DNA of 62,998 nucleotides, counting the filler, from Reclinomonas americana ATCC 50394 (taxonomy: Eukaryota), in the NCBI GenBank assembly GCA_048213135.1. It is 5 parts of 3 records of this genome, joined end to end, with 100 filler letters (N's around TTAATTAATTAA, not from the genome) between each part and the next. Parts side by side here need not be neighbours in the genome. Positions count along the whole stretch, not along the records: positions 1 to 27,908 come from PS015019.1; positions 28,009 to 49,660 come from PS015020.1; 3 more parts are not named here. One strand, given 5' to 3'. Of the stretch, positions 23,600 to 39,556 are shown piece by piece. The notes below the pieces were generated by a model that made no database searches, had not been told where the DNA came from, and saw nothing but the letters and a program-made list of their open reading frames with translations. The stretch's first letter is position 1. Each line of letters begins with the position of its first letter. Position numbers and translations under genes: made by a program.

Positions 23600-26500
23600 A
23601 TGTCACGGCGTAATGCTTCAAGTGGTGCCGGTCAATGCCACGTGTGTGGCGTTCTTCACGTCGGCATCTTTCGCTGCTCGTTGCGTTCTCCCTCACAAAC
23701 ACAAACACACACACAAATGTTTTTTCGCGCGCACACGCACACACACACGAGAGAGTGTGTGCCCGCACGTGTGTGTGTGTCGCACACAGCGGGCGAGTGT
23801 GCGTGAGAGCGCGCGCGTGTTGTGTGTGTGTGCATTGATGCAAACACGGAATGGATGCATTCCCCTCGGCGAATTTTCATTTGGTCCTCACAAAGAAAAT
23901 AATCACACAGACGCACGAGTGATCCCGACGGTTGCCGACGCACATACTGTGCGCCTTGTGTGGAGCGGATGTTTGAGGATGTGAATGCCGTGCGCAAGGC
24001 GTCGGACGCGCACGACTGGGAGTGTTTTCATTGTCAAGGCCGTTGTCCGTATTTCAGCTCGTGTCTGCGAAACAAGAGAGTTGCGAAACGCGCCCCCCTC
24101 CCTCCCTGTGCGCTCGTTTTACTCACCGCGTCGTATGCTCACATACATACAGAGGCACTTGCAGAACCAGCTGGAGAGGTTGTTGCAGTCGTCGGAGAAG
24201 TATGACCGGTTTTTCCGCGGCCGCGGCTACTGCTCGTATCCCGAGGTGGAGGAGCGGTATGCGGTGGTGCAGAAGCTAACGAGACATCTTTCCGATCGCA
24301 TTGGACCACCGACATCGGCACAGCATCTGCATCAGCGCACCGAGTCGCTGAATGAGCTGGTCAGTGTCGACTTGTCTTACAATTCTTTCCTCCATTGATT
24401 GCACTCTCACTTTTCGCCCCCTCTCCGCAGGCCCGCATATGCCACCCCAAGTGTGTGGAACCCGACTTCAACGACCGAGTCAAGCGTCACATGGAGGTGG
24501 TGTTTCCCGGCGGCCGAGGCCTTGAGCAGTTCAACGAATCGACATTGGATCCGGTGTCTGGCATGTATCACGTACCGCGCCAAAAGCGAGCGGCGGAGGC
24601 CGGGGGCCGTCTCCGATCCACCGTGTTGGCATCGGCCGCCGCCTCGGCCTCATCGCAGACCGGTTCAGTCAAGAGACCAGTGAGTGGCACAGGTGTCGGC
24701 GCTGGCGCGTTGGATGTGTCGCAGTCGATGGGTGCGCTGATGCTGCCCGACGCGTACCAAGGCGGTGATGCGCTGGCCGTGCTCCCCGCCTCTCTGCCTG
24801 GTTTTGACGATGCGAGGTTGGTCGCCCTCCCTCTGTCGCTCTTTCTCCCTTTCCGGTCACTCACACACTCCTCCCACGCAGTCGAGCAGCAGCGGCTTCC
24901 GAATCACGTGTTTCGCGACCGCGTCACCACACGGGCAAGGCGCCGCGACCACCTCGACCACCGACCCCCGACTTGCCCGAGTACGCACCCGCCGGAACCC
25001 GGGTGACGACGGCGGAGGCGGACTTGCCGCCCCTCATCAACGTGGATCCTTCGAAGACCACCCTCGGCACCTTTCCCAACTCGAATCGCGACCTGCTGAC
25101 CAGGAGGAGGCGAGTCGGCCTGCCATCACGCGGACAGTCCATCCCACCTCATTTTCGACATCCACCTCCACTGTTCTCGGTGGTGCACCCGCGGCGTGTG
25201 TTCTCTCCCGATCCGCCCGACGCGGGATCGCAGGCAAACGCCGCATCATCATCATCGACGACAACGACGACGACGACAACCACCACAGCAACAGCAACGC
25301 CTGCTGGACGGAAACGTGGCCGTCAACGGAAAGGAGCGTCGACACCAGCACGAGCCGGCGCTGCCTCCTCCTCGTCCTCCTCTTCCACGTCAACGACAAC
25401 AACGACGACGACGACGACAACCACTACGGCCGCACCAGCCCGTGTGACCGAAGTGGACGCGGGTGATCACCACCTGGTCTCGTCGCTGCCGCACGAAACA
25501 CAGTTCGAGGTGCTGGACAACTTGCGACTGCAGCTGCGCCCGGGTACCGCGGTGCCACTGGAGGTGCGTGGATAATGGCATTGCGTAATTCTTGGCGCAT
25601 CTACCTCATTGTGACACTCCTGCCGCAGACTCTGCTGTGCGTCCGCCTGAGCAAGCCAAGTAGCCGCTCCTTTGATCCGCACGCCTGCTACCGGTGTCAG
25701 GGCTTGTGGCACCGCGATCTGCTGTTGTGCCGCTACTTTACCACCTCGTGTGGCATTGGCTTTTGTCGCGAGTGCGTCGACGAATTGTACGGCCGAGGCG
25801 CGTTCCACTACTGGCGCTCAGTGGCACACCCCATGCACTCGTGGCAGTGTCCCGAGTGTGCAACAGCCGGTCAGTCAGTCTGTCAGTGCTCTTTCTTCGT
25901 ATTTCAGTGTCTCCATTGCGTTTTCGCTCACGCGTGTCGCGCTTCCAGCACGTGCGCGAGCTCAGGATCAGAACGCCGCAGGCGCGCGATCGACGCTGGC
26001 CGATCTGTCGCCCATGTCATCGTTTGATCTCGACTCGCTACCACCGCTGCCGCCGCTGTCGATGCTGGATGACGATGCCGAGTCTTACTCATTACCTCTA
26101 CCGCAAGCGTACCTCGCTAGCACTCAACAGCCACAGTCACGCTCACCACCACCACCGCCGCGACCAGCAGCATCGCCACCACCTCCACCCCCACCCCCAC
26201 CTCTTCTGGCAACACCAGGACGACGATCACAACCGGCGCGCGTTGCTGGGACAGTCGCCCCACCAGGAGCAGTGGCGCAGTCGGTGGAACCCGCGACGGC
26301 CAATGGCATTGCGGATACCACTGTCGCTGCCGGTGCCGCCGCAGCGGCCGCCACGGTGACAGCCATGGAGGTGGACGGCACAGTCGCGCGGGCCAAGAGG
26401 GCGGTCCTCACGGCAAGAAAGGAAAATGGTGTCGACCGTGTCGACAAGGACGACGAGGGGGAGGAAGTGGAGGATGAGGAGGAGGAGGCGGAAGAAGTAG

Positions 26501-27496
26501 TGGAAGTGGTGGTGCTGGAGGACGAAGTCGAACCGAAGAGTGCGCGTGGTCGCAACACGCGTCGCACTCCTGTCGCACCGCGTCCACCACCTTCTTCGTC
26601 TTCGGCACTCGCCGGCGGTGGCAGCAGCAGCGGCAGCAGCTCGCGACGAAAGCCGGTGGTTGGCGTTGTCGAGGATTCGTCGTCGGGTGGCGAGTCGTCT
26701 CCACCGCCCGCAGCGTCACGTGGACGTGTACGGGCTCGCCGAATCATCATCCCCACTGCGGCGGCGCCGTCTCCCGCCGCGGAGCACGACTCCGCCGGCG
26801 AGGATGAAGACGAGGTCGAGGAGGTGATTGTTGCGTCGTCCGCTGAAGGTGAAGATGGGCGGAGACAGAGCAGGACCACCAGGCGGTCCGCAGCCAATCA
26901 GTCCACGCCAACGACGCCCGCACAACCACGCAGCAGGTGGGAGGAAGTCTTGTTGTGGTTTCTTTGTTTTCCCTGTCCGCGTGCAGTTGCCTGATGGGCG
27001 ATGTGTAGGCCTCCGACTCCGGATCGCCTGCTGCCGTCGTCGCAATTGGACTACGGCGTGCGTCGTTCCACACGCTCGTCGGTGTCGTTTTCAGGTGCCG
27101 CCGCCGCCGGCACCGCGTCGGCTCACGAACTTGTACAGTATTCGCGACATGTGCCGCTGGAGAGGTGTGTGATTTGTGAGAGCGCTGTGCATAAGAGCAG
27201 TTGCTCACAAGCATGAGCTGTCCAGGGTTCTGAGTCGGGCGACAAAGAAGGGCGAATCGCTGCCGGCCGACCTCCTCGCCGCTCTCTCCTCGGCCGACGC
27301 CGACATGGCCACTGCACTGGCGTTGTCGAAGCAGCAGGCGGATGGCGGTGCTGTCACTCCTGAACCGTCGATACGCTCGACTCCCACGACGCGCTCAGGT
27401 CGCAAGCGACCACTCTCACCGGCCCCAACACCCCCCTCAACCAATGGCCATTCCTCGCCGGACCAGCCGGCTCGAAAACGCTCTCGTGTTCGATGA
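23600..27496 (+). CDS. Nuclear protein with two zf-4CXXC_R1/ADD-like zinc fingers and a C-terminal UIM
   Basis: GQCHVC..FRCS|RTSDPDGCRRTYCAPC..WECFHCQGRC; CYRC..LC..CGIGFCREC..WQCPEC; DADMATALALSKQQ; NLS-like RKRSRVR. Confidence 0.7.
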
Positions 27497-27715
27497 ACAC
27501 ACACCCCTCTCCTTTGTTGATTAATTTTCTCCTCTTATTCTCTTTCCGTCTGTGCGATGCTCGTCGCGTGCTGACAGACATTAATGTGCACGTGCGTGTC
27601 TCAAGCAGCTGGAAAACAATCTCTTTACAATCTCTCCCCACTCATGAATGCGCAATGAAGCAAGCAAGTGGTGTACGTCGAGCGTCCTCTCGTCATCCGT
27701 CATCGAAAAGAAACA

Positions 27716-27803
27716 ATGAGAGTGGCGATCGTGCTCACTCTCCTTCTCGTGTGTGCCCGCGTGGCACTTTGCACAACCGTACCCGTTCACATGATGGCTG
27801 TCG
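27716..27803 (+). CDS. First exon (signal peptide) of a gene truncated at the scaffold end
   Basis: MRVAIVLTLLLVCARVALC followed by a GTGCGC donor and a (CT)n intron. Confidence 0.45.
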
Positions 27804-27812
27804 GTGCGCAAC

Positions 27813-27832
27813 TCTCTTTTCTCTCTCTCTTT

Positions 27833-27898
<66 letters not shown>

Positions 27899-27908
27899 GT
27901 CTCTCTCT
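27813..27908. repeat. (CT)n microsatellite
   Basis: Read directly from the sequence. Confidence 0.95.
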
Positions 27909-28008
27909 NNNNNNNNNNNNNNNNNNNNNNNNNNNNNNNNNNNNNNNNNNNNTTAATTAATTAANNNNNNNNNNNNNNNNNNNNNNNNNNNNNNNNNNNN
28001 NNNNNNNN
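27909..28008. other. Artificial scaffold linker N-TTAATTAATTAA-N (also at 49705, 55655 and 61308)
   Basis: Identical 12-mer with stops in all six frames embedded in equal N runs, four times. Confidence 0.95.
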
Positions 28009-28690
28009 GACTCGGTCAAGTGCGCCTGTAGCCGGTTGGCGTCGGCGGGCACACTCACGTCGCTCTCGCCATTCTGTGGGTGACAAGCGCAGTGTTGAGT
28101 GGGGACTTCTCCTTTCTCTCCTTCTCCTTCCCCACGTACCGACAGCACGCCATTCGCAACATAGGCACCACGCGATGACGGGGCCGAGATGCACAGACGG
28201 AGGGCGCGAATCGTTCGCGAGAATGCATGCTGCAAGAGTTCCATGTTCGGCAAGCCCGACTTGATGCTGGCGTGCCTCTCCAGGGCCTCGGCCCACGCGC
28301 ACGAGTTGGCCAGATCCTGCGGGTCGAGCTTTTCTGCGTTCTCAAACATGGTGTACGCCTCCTTGTACCGTGCGTCAATGGCCATGGCCTCGGCGTCGGT
28401 GGGCGAACCAGCCTTTGGTGTGAGCGCCAGTCCCATGGAGGAGAGGCACATGCCGAGCGTCGTATAGGCCTGCCAGGGGAAAACGCGGCGTGAGGAGATG
28501 AATTTCAGGGGGGAAGAGGCAGGTGAGTGGCGACCAACCTTGCCGCTCTCAAAGTCCAAGTCCAGACACCTTCTGAGGTACCGGCTGGCGCTGTCGTACA
28601 ACTCCATGACGCTCTCCGACACGGTGTATAATCGGCGAAGCTCCACCAGGTGCTCCTCATCTCGTTCGACTGCGTCACGCGGAACAATTG
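28009..28690 (-). CDS. TPR-like helical repeat protein (fragment)
   Basis: AYTTLGMCLSSMG..YKEAYTMFENAEKLDP..AWAEAL. Confidence 0.65.
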
Positions 28691-28748
28691 TGAGCAATAC
28701 AGGTTGTAGTGATAGAGCGTGTCCCCCCNNNNNNNNNNNNNNNNNNNN

Positions 28749-29443
28749 AGCACGCCTCTTGCACTCGAGCATTGTCAATGCTGTGGTGATGAGTGGCTAC
28801 CTGATGAAGCGCGGCGGTCTGATCAAGACCTGGAAGCGGCGACTGTTTGTGCTGCTGTACGACCGCCTCATCTACATGCACGTCTCCGACAAGGACAAGT
28901 TCGAGGAGGAGGCCTCGCGCGACGGTGTGCGTGCCTTTGTGACGAAAAACCACAAGAAGATCCGCGGCGAGATCCTGGTCACCAACATGAAGAAGGTGCT
29001 CAATACGCCTGAGCGCGAAGCCTCCGAGTGCAAGACACCGTACGCATTCTACCTGGACTGCAAGAAGCGCCGCAACGAGGATCGCGTGTATGTCATCTGT
29101 GCCGAGAATCCCGAGGACCGCAACGAGTGGAGCTCCACCATCAAGGCAGTAATGGTGAGTGTGCACTCCCCTCATGACCTCCCTCCTCGTCCTTCTCCTC
29201 ACACCAGAATGTGTGCAGGATATGTGGGAGCTGGCGCTGCGTAACGAGGACAGGCGGCAGATTTACGAGTGGGATTCGACGAGCACCTTGCCGGTGTTGC
29301 AGCCAATCAAGGCTAGACCACGACAGTCGGTGGCCTCAATGGCACCGTCATCGGCCGGAAGCGACGACGGCAGCAGCGTGTCGGGCAGCGAGATTCCCGA
29401 CGGTCTCTCATCGATCGGATCGCCCACGGCAGTCTCACCATGA
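28749..29443 (+). CDS. PH domain protein (5' part lies in the gap)
   Basis: GYLMKRGGLIKTWKRRLFVL..YVICAENPEDRNEWSSTI. Confidence 0.88.
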
Positions 29444-29534
29444 CACAGCTACTTATTTGAACGACAGACACACAGCACAAGCAAATGAAACATAAGTGGA
29501 CCGCAGCATCGTTTGCGAGATATTTTTTCCTTCT

Positions 29535-31040
29535 TTACATCATCATTGGTGGCGGTGGCGGTGGTGGTGGTGGCGGAGGTGGAGGCGGTGGTGGTGGGTA
29601 ATCCATGTCGGGAGGCGGAGGTGGAGCCGGGAACCCATAGCCTGGCGCCGGTGCCGCGTGCTGCGGCTCCTCACGCATCTTGAAAAAGAGTTGCAGCGTA
29701 AACACGTGCTCGCTGCGATCCCAGTTGGTGTAGAAGCGGCCGTCGCCCTTGTCGATCTCCACGGCGGGAATCTTGAACGCCACTGTCTCGTACGGCTCGG
29801 CGGCGAACAGCAGGTACTGGTAGCGCTTGTCGGGCGGCTCCAGTCGCTGCTCAAACGACGACATCATGCGGTGGCGCGGGTGTGCCGCCTCGTCAATGTC
29901 GGGGTAGTAGATCTGGAAGAGGAGCGAGCGCTGATTCGTGTCGGGATCGCGCTGCTTGGTGACGCGGTAGCCGGGGCGGCCGATTTTGACGGTGCGGCGA
30001 ACGGGGCGGGCGGTTGATGTCATTGGCATGACCATGTTGGCCTGTGGGGGAGGGGATAGGGTGAGGAGAGGGAAAGGGGGGAAAGGGTGAGGCGAGGGAG
30101 AGAGGGGAGGGGAGGGGAGGGGAGGGGAGAGAGAGAGAGAGAAACGAAGCAAGGAAGCATGAACGGCGAATGCAAAGGCATTGGGAAGGCAGAATGACGC
30201 ACAGCAAGTCAGACAACAGTGGAGGGGTCAAGCAAGTCAGGAGCAGATAGCAGAGATCAAGAAAGCGACAGAACGATGAACACTGAATGCACGAGTCCAT
30301 TCAGACGGCAGAATGACGCAAGGAGGCTGAGGCCCAGAGCAGATCACAGAAACGACACGGGGAGACAGAAAAGCAACACGAGCGTGCAGAGCTGAGAAGA
30401 TGATTGGAGAAGGCAGAAGGAATGTATATGCAGGCAGGACGAGAGGGAGATCAGGGGAGAAAGCAAGGCAGACAACGAAGGGCAACTGCGCCGGAGTCCT
30501 GCAAGAGCCTCACCTGCTTCTCCTTGGCCTCCATCGCCTGCCGTCTGGCCAAATTCAACTGATGTCTCTTTCCCTGCGTGTGCGCCAGATAGTTTCCCTC
30601 ATTCGTGTGCAACGTCAGGCACAGCTTGCACTCGTACTGGCCGAGGTGATTGCGCATAAAGTACGGATCCTTGGTCAAATCAATCGTCTCCAACGCCAAT
30701 CGCCGCAATCGCTCGCGCCGGTCCACATTGGCGTCGCTCTTGGAGAGCAGCCCACCGGCTCCGGGCTTACTCCTGCACACAAACGCAGATCAGAGACAAG
30801 TGCGGCAAACACGACATGTCCTTTCTCGCGCGCTCTTTCTCTTGACTCAGTCTTGTTATTTGCATACGTTATCATCAACAGTGTGATTATGACTAACGAG
30901 ATTCCATTTGTAGCACAAGTCATCATTGTGTGCGAGAGAGAGAGAGCGCGGGCAGGAGATGTTCAACATGACCCATGCACACCACAAAACAAACACACAC
31001 ACACAAAATAAACTCACCCAAAGTCGCGGTCCAGTGACAT
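29535..31040 (-). CDS. SF3A2: Splicing factor 3A subunit 2 (Prp11/SF3a66)
   Basis: RRERLRRLALETIDL, YECKLCLTLHTNEGNYLAHTQGKRH, KIGRPGYRVTKQRD, AAEPYETVAFKIP, poly-Pro tail; first exon MSLDRDFG. Confidence 0.96.
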
Positions 31041-31189
31041 GATGCACGCCTACACACAGCTGCAACGTGAGCAAGTTGAGGGAGTGGCAAGCGCGCGAAC
31101 ATGAACGCAACTTTTTGTGTAACAGATGAACGGAATGGGCAGTGGATTTGCTTCGTGTCTTTGCGCGTGTGTACGTGCGTGCTGCGACC
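31041..31189. promoter_or_regulatory. Probable bidirectional promoter between SF3A2 and CDC5L
   Basis: Only 149 bp separate the divergent ATGs. Confidence 0.65.
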
Positions 31190-34929
<3,740 letters not shown>

Positions 34930-35073
34930 TCGCCCGGATGAAAACAAGGGTGGGCATTGAAAAGAATGAATTGGACGAGGTGACGGAGTGTCGTATTCGC
35001 ACATGAGACAAATATTTGCGGAAACTGACAGGGAGAGCACTCACACTCTCCTTCTTCGTCATCTCTGTCTCAC

Positions 35074-38000
35074 ATGGTGGTGTACCCTCGCAACGCGTTC
35101 CCTCGCGGCCGTCTCGGCGAGGACGGCGATGGATGCGAACTTGACAGTGGAGACATTGCATGGATGCTGGTGAGCGCAAGAGAGACAGACAGAGAGAAAG
35201 GGAGAGTGCGCACACACGCACATGCGGATCTCCTTTTTCTCACTCGTGCTCTCTCTCAGGTATCGACTGCGTTTGTGTACCTGCAGTCACCAGGTGAGCA
35301 TGCCGCGCACTCATTCACACACTCTGTGTCATTGCGTGTGTCTCATCACAATGCTGCGCAGCATGCGGACTCACACAAGCGGGAGTCATTCGTCGCAAGA
35401 ACAGGTGCGACACACGCACACCTTCTCTCTCTATCAGAGAAGGACCTCACTCTTCTTGTTTCATCGCAGTCTGAGCATGCTCATGCAGTCGCTGACGGGA
35501 GTCGTGATCGGGGGACTCATGTGGATCCTGTGCGTGCGACGACTCTCCTCACACACACACACACACACTCTCTCCTGTTCTCTCCCTCTCACTCCATCCT
35601 CTTCCTCCTCTTCCACAGCGTTGGATACACACTGACATTCGGTGAAGACTGCGGTGGTTTCATCGGCAACCTACGACACGTTGTCCTCAATGACAGGTTC
35701 ATGACACTCCCTCCAACTCACACCCACCCACCCACCCCACTCACGCTTTCGTGGTTGTGATAATCATCATTCATCATCAGCTATCGTTGCTATCCGGCTG
35801 GTGAGCACCACTGAGCAGTCGCATTTGATACTGAAAGCGAGTGTGCACTGACAATCTGCTTGCCAGCACCGACCATCCCCGGTATCTTGTTTGCCGTGTT
35901 CCAGATGCAGTTTGCGGCCATGGTGCCTGTGCTGTGCACCGGTGCTTGGGTGCGTGACCGGCTTGCTTCCGCGATCTGCTGCTGCTGCTGTTGCTGACGA
36001 ATCGATGCAGGCCGAGAAGCTGCACTTCAAGGCATTCATTCTCTTCTGCGTGCTCTTCCCACTCTTTGTGTATTATCCCATTGCACACTGGATTTGGGGT
36101 GGCGGTGCGTTGTATATACATTTGACGCGGCTGCTACTGCTTCTTCTTTGATGTGACTGACACACGGGCTGTGCGCAGGTTTTCTGGCTGGGTGAGTTGC
36201 AAATGAACATTGTATGTTTCGTGCAGACCTGTTCGTGCCAGTTTGTTGACTTGCCTTCTGTAGTCTTGGCGTGCTTGACTTTGCCGGGGGCCTGACGTTG
36301 CGTATTCCCGTGTCTCACTCTCGCCCCCATCACCGCTCACTCCGATCTCCCACACCAGTATTCACACGGTGTCCGGCACGGCGGCCCTCGTTGTCTCACT
36401 GGTGCTGGAACGACGCCCCGAGATGGACGAAGTGAGCACCGGCGCTCACAACATTCCTGTGCGTGGCCTCCTACGTCTCTCACACTGCTGTATTGTCTCT
36501 CTCATGTCAGCTGTTATTCTGCACAGCTCACTGGTCGGATTCCTGCGTTTCTGGTGCTTCTTCTGTTTGCACGTCGCTCACTCACTCGCTTGCACACCAC
36601 TCAGTGATTGGTGGAGCACTTACTCACATGGGCTGGTTCGCCTTCAACGCTGGTGAGTGCGACGATATCGGCTGAATCGTTCACATTGGCACCTCACACG
36701 TGTAACATGTATGTAGGCTCTGCCTTCGGTGCTAACTACGTCGCCGCCCATGCCGCCATCAACACGCACATTGGCGCAGTGACCTCCGGACTGGTGTGGC
36801 TGATCATTGCCTACTTCCGGTATGTACACTCACTCGTTGATCGTGTACAACTTACTTGCCTGTGTCGTGTGCATGACTCCACTTGTCTGCATGCAGCACT
36901 GATTACTTCCACTTGACCGAGATCATCAACGGTTTGTGCGCGCCTTGCTTTCCGTCTTTGCTCACTGTCCCCTGAACTCCTTCATACACAGGCTCATTGG
37001 CTGGTCTTGCTGGCATTACGCCTGCTGCCGGTTACATTACGCACGGATCGGCACTTGGCGTCTCCGTGATTGTCGGCGTGGCCTCGTACTTTTCCGTGTT
37101 CTTCCTTCGTGATCGGTAATTCCGACAGCTGAATTCGTCATCTGTGCATGATGTCTCGCACTCCCCCACCTTCCTGCAACACATATCAGCATTCAGATCG
37201 ACGACGCCCTCGACGTCACCTCCCTGCAGGTGTGTGTGCATGTGATGTGTACACACATTGGTTTCGCAACTAATACAATCGCACATCGCAGGCCACACCT
37301 GGCCTGATTGGCACCATTATTGGAGTCGGCCTGTTTGCCACCAGCGATGTCAACACGGCCGTACCGTCACACCAGGAGGGTGCAATCTATGGTGGCAACT
37401 TTGTGCTGATGGCCAAGCAGGTGAGCGCGCAAGGAACATGTTTGCAGTCTTCGCTTCTAACGCTCCATGATGCAGCTGGTCGGCGCACTTGCCACAGTCG
37501 GATGGACGGTTTTGTGGACGTATATCATCATGTGCGTTGTCGCATTCATGTCGACATATGCACACTGCGCTCACTGAGTGTTGTTGTGCATTCGTGCAGG
37601 AAATTCGTCAACTGGCTCGTGCCACAGCCGACAGTGGAGGAGATGATTGTCGGCCTCGATAAGACCACCCATGGCGCATCAGCGGTAAGTGTTCTTGCCG
37701 TCTTTGTATTCCCTACTGTTGCACTCCTCTTGACCTCCACGTTTGTGTCTCACTCTCCAGTATGACGAAGAGGTTCGCTGGCTGTGAGAGACCGTTGGTA
37801 TTCTTGTGATGCACATGTTGATCTTGCTTGGTGATGATGCACACAGGATACGATGGATGCAAACGCTCGCCAGCAAAAGTTGTGCGAGGCTGCAGCACGC
37901 GGTGACCTCGACCAGGTCATGTCGCTGATCAAGCGTGGTGCGAATCCACTGGTTGGCGACTACGACGGACGCACGGTTTGTGTATGCATCACTGTTGACT

Positions 38001-39482
38001 CTGCTCTGTTGCTGACGACTATTGTGCAGGCATACCACTTGGCAGCCAGTGAAGGCAAGCAGCACATTCTCGAGTACCTGCTGACGCTGCCGAAGGCCAA
38101 CATCAACGTGAGCGACCGCTTCGGCAACACACCCCTCTCCGATGCCATGCGCCACGAGCACACGCAGGTGTCCGACTTTTTGCTGGCACATGGCGCTGAG
38201 GTGCAAACAAAGAAACTGGTGAGTGGTGGTGCATGCGATGCAAGTTGCAAATGGCTGCAGTGTCCCCTGACGTGATTGTTTTGTGCTCACAGGGCGAGGA
38301 ACTGTGCAAGGCTGGTGCTGAGGTGTGTTGTATTACAACTGCATTGTCTGCTGGGTAATTGCAATTCACTCACGATGGGTGTATCTCAAAGGGTGACCTC
38401 GAGGCTCTGAAACGCATCGCTCGAGTAGCGCCCTTGTATCGTTCGTCTTTGCGTTGCTGATCTTGTGCTGAAAAGTCTTTCAAAGCTCACTGCGTGCTGT
38501 TTGTGTCGCACAGTGCCCGATTATGATGGTTTGGATCACAAGTACTTGTTGCCAGTTGTCATCGACTGTTCCTGACTCTGTTCGTCTACCGTGACAGGTC
38601 GCACTGCTCTCCATCTGGCTGCGTGCGTCCTTGTTGCTCTCCCTCACGCAGCAGCAGTCTTATGGCCTCACTCCTTGCTTCGTGCAGTTCCAATGGTCAC
38701 GAGGAGTGTGTCGTCTTCCTGCTCAATGGTTTGTCATTGCCGCTGCTGTACCTGCGTGATGACTGTTCTCTCAACTGCACAACGTACAGCCGGTGTTGAC
38801 CCCACTGTCAAGGATCGCTGGGGCGGAACACCTGCCGATGATGCCAGTCGCCAGAACCACACAGCCATTGTGCGCATTCTGCAACGAGCTGTGAAGCGCA
38901 TGGCCGAGAATTTGTGCCATGCTGCCTCTGTTGGTTGCGTGGCAGTGGACACTGTTTTCCCTCTGACATGTCACGATACTCATCATTATTGCGCAGGTGA
39001 CAAGGAGGAGCTGGCAAGGTTCATCGAGGCCGGTATTGACAGGTACTGCATGCAGTGTGTGGCATTCGTGGATCGCACCACTTATCGAATGCGCACGACA
39101 GCAACATGCAGGACTACGATGGTCGCTCGGCATTGCATCTGGCCGCCAGCAACGGCCACGCCGAATGTTGCGTTCACAACATGCATGCTAGTCACGACGC
39201 TGTCGGCATCCGTCACTGATTATGCACAACTGCAGGTGTGCGTTACCTCATCAAGTTCTGCGATGTCAACATTCGTGACCGCTGGGGAAACACACCGCTG
39301 GCCGATGCCATCCGTCATCGCCACGAGGATGTGGCAGAGGTGCGTGGCTGCGTGTATGTGTGCAGTGATGAGAAGGGAAGGAGTGGTGATTGAACCAATG
39401 TGGCGTAAACAGATCTTGCGTGCCAACGGCGGTACTGACGCACTGCCGCATGCCGACCACCACGGGCACACTGTGGTGGAGA
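35074..39482 (+). CDS. Ammonium transporter (Amt/Mep) fused to C-terminal ankyrin repeats; probably continues 3'
   Basis: GDIAWML, FQMQFA, AHWIWGGG, DFAGGLTIH, GWFAFNAGS, LAGLAGITP, DDALDV, GLDKTTHGASA|Y; continues in frame into repeated DYDGRTA.HLAA..G and DR[FW]G.TP ankyrin motifs. Confidence 0.88.
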
Positions 39483-39556
39483 GTTGCGTGACATAGTGCA
39501 GCAGTCGAGGCTTTGTGGTTGCCTCTTATCTATGAGGATTTCTTTTGTGCAAACAG

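Noticed and set aside
27953-27964. Palindromic TTAATTAATTAA seen four times
   Set aside because: Always flanked by equal N runs, so it is an artificial six-frame-stop linker; gene adjacency across it is meaningless
28729-28748. TPR and PH genes apparently overlapping head-to-head
   Set aside because: Both 5' ends fall in a placeholder 20-N gap of unknown true size
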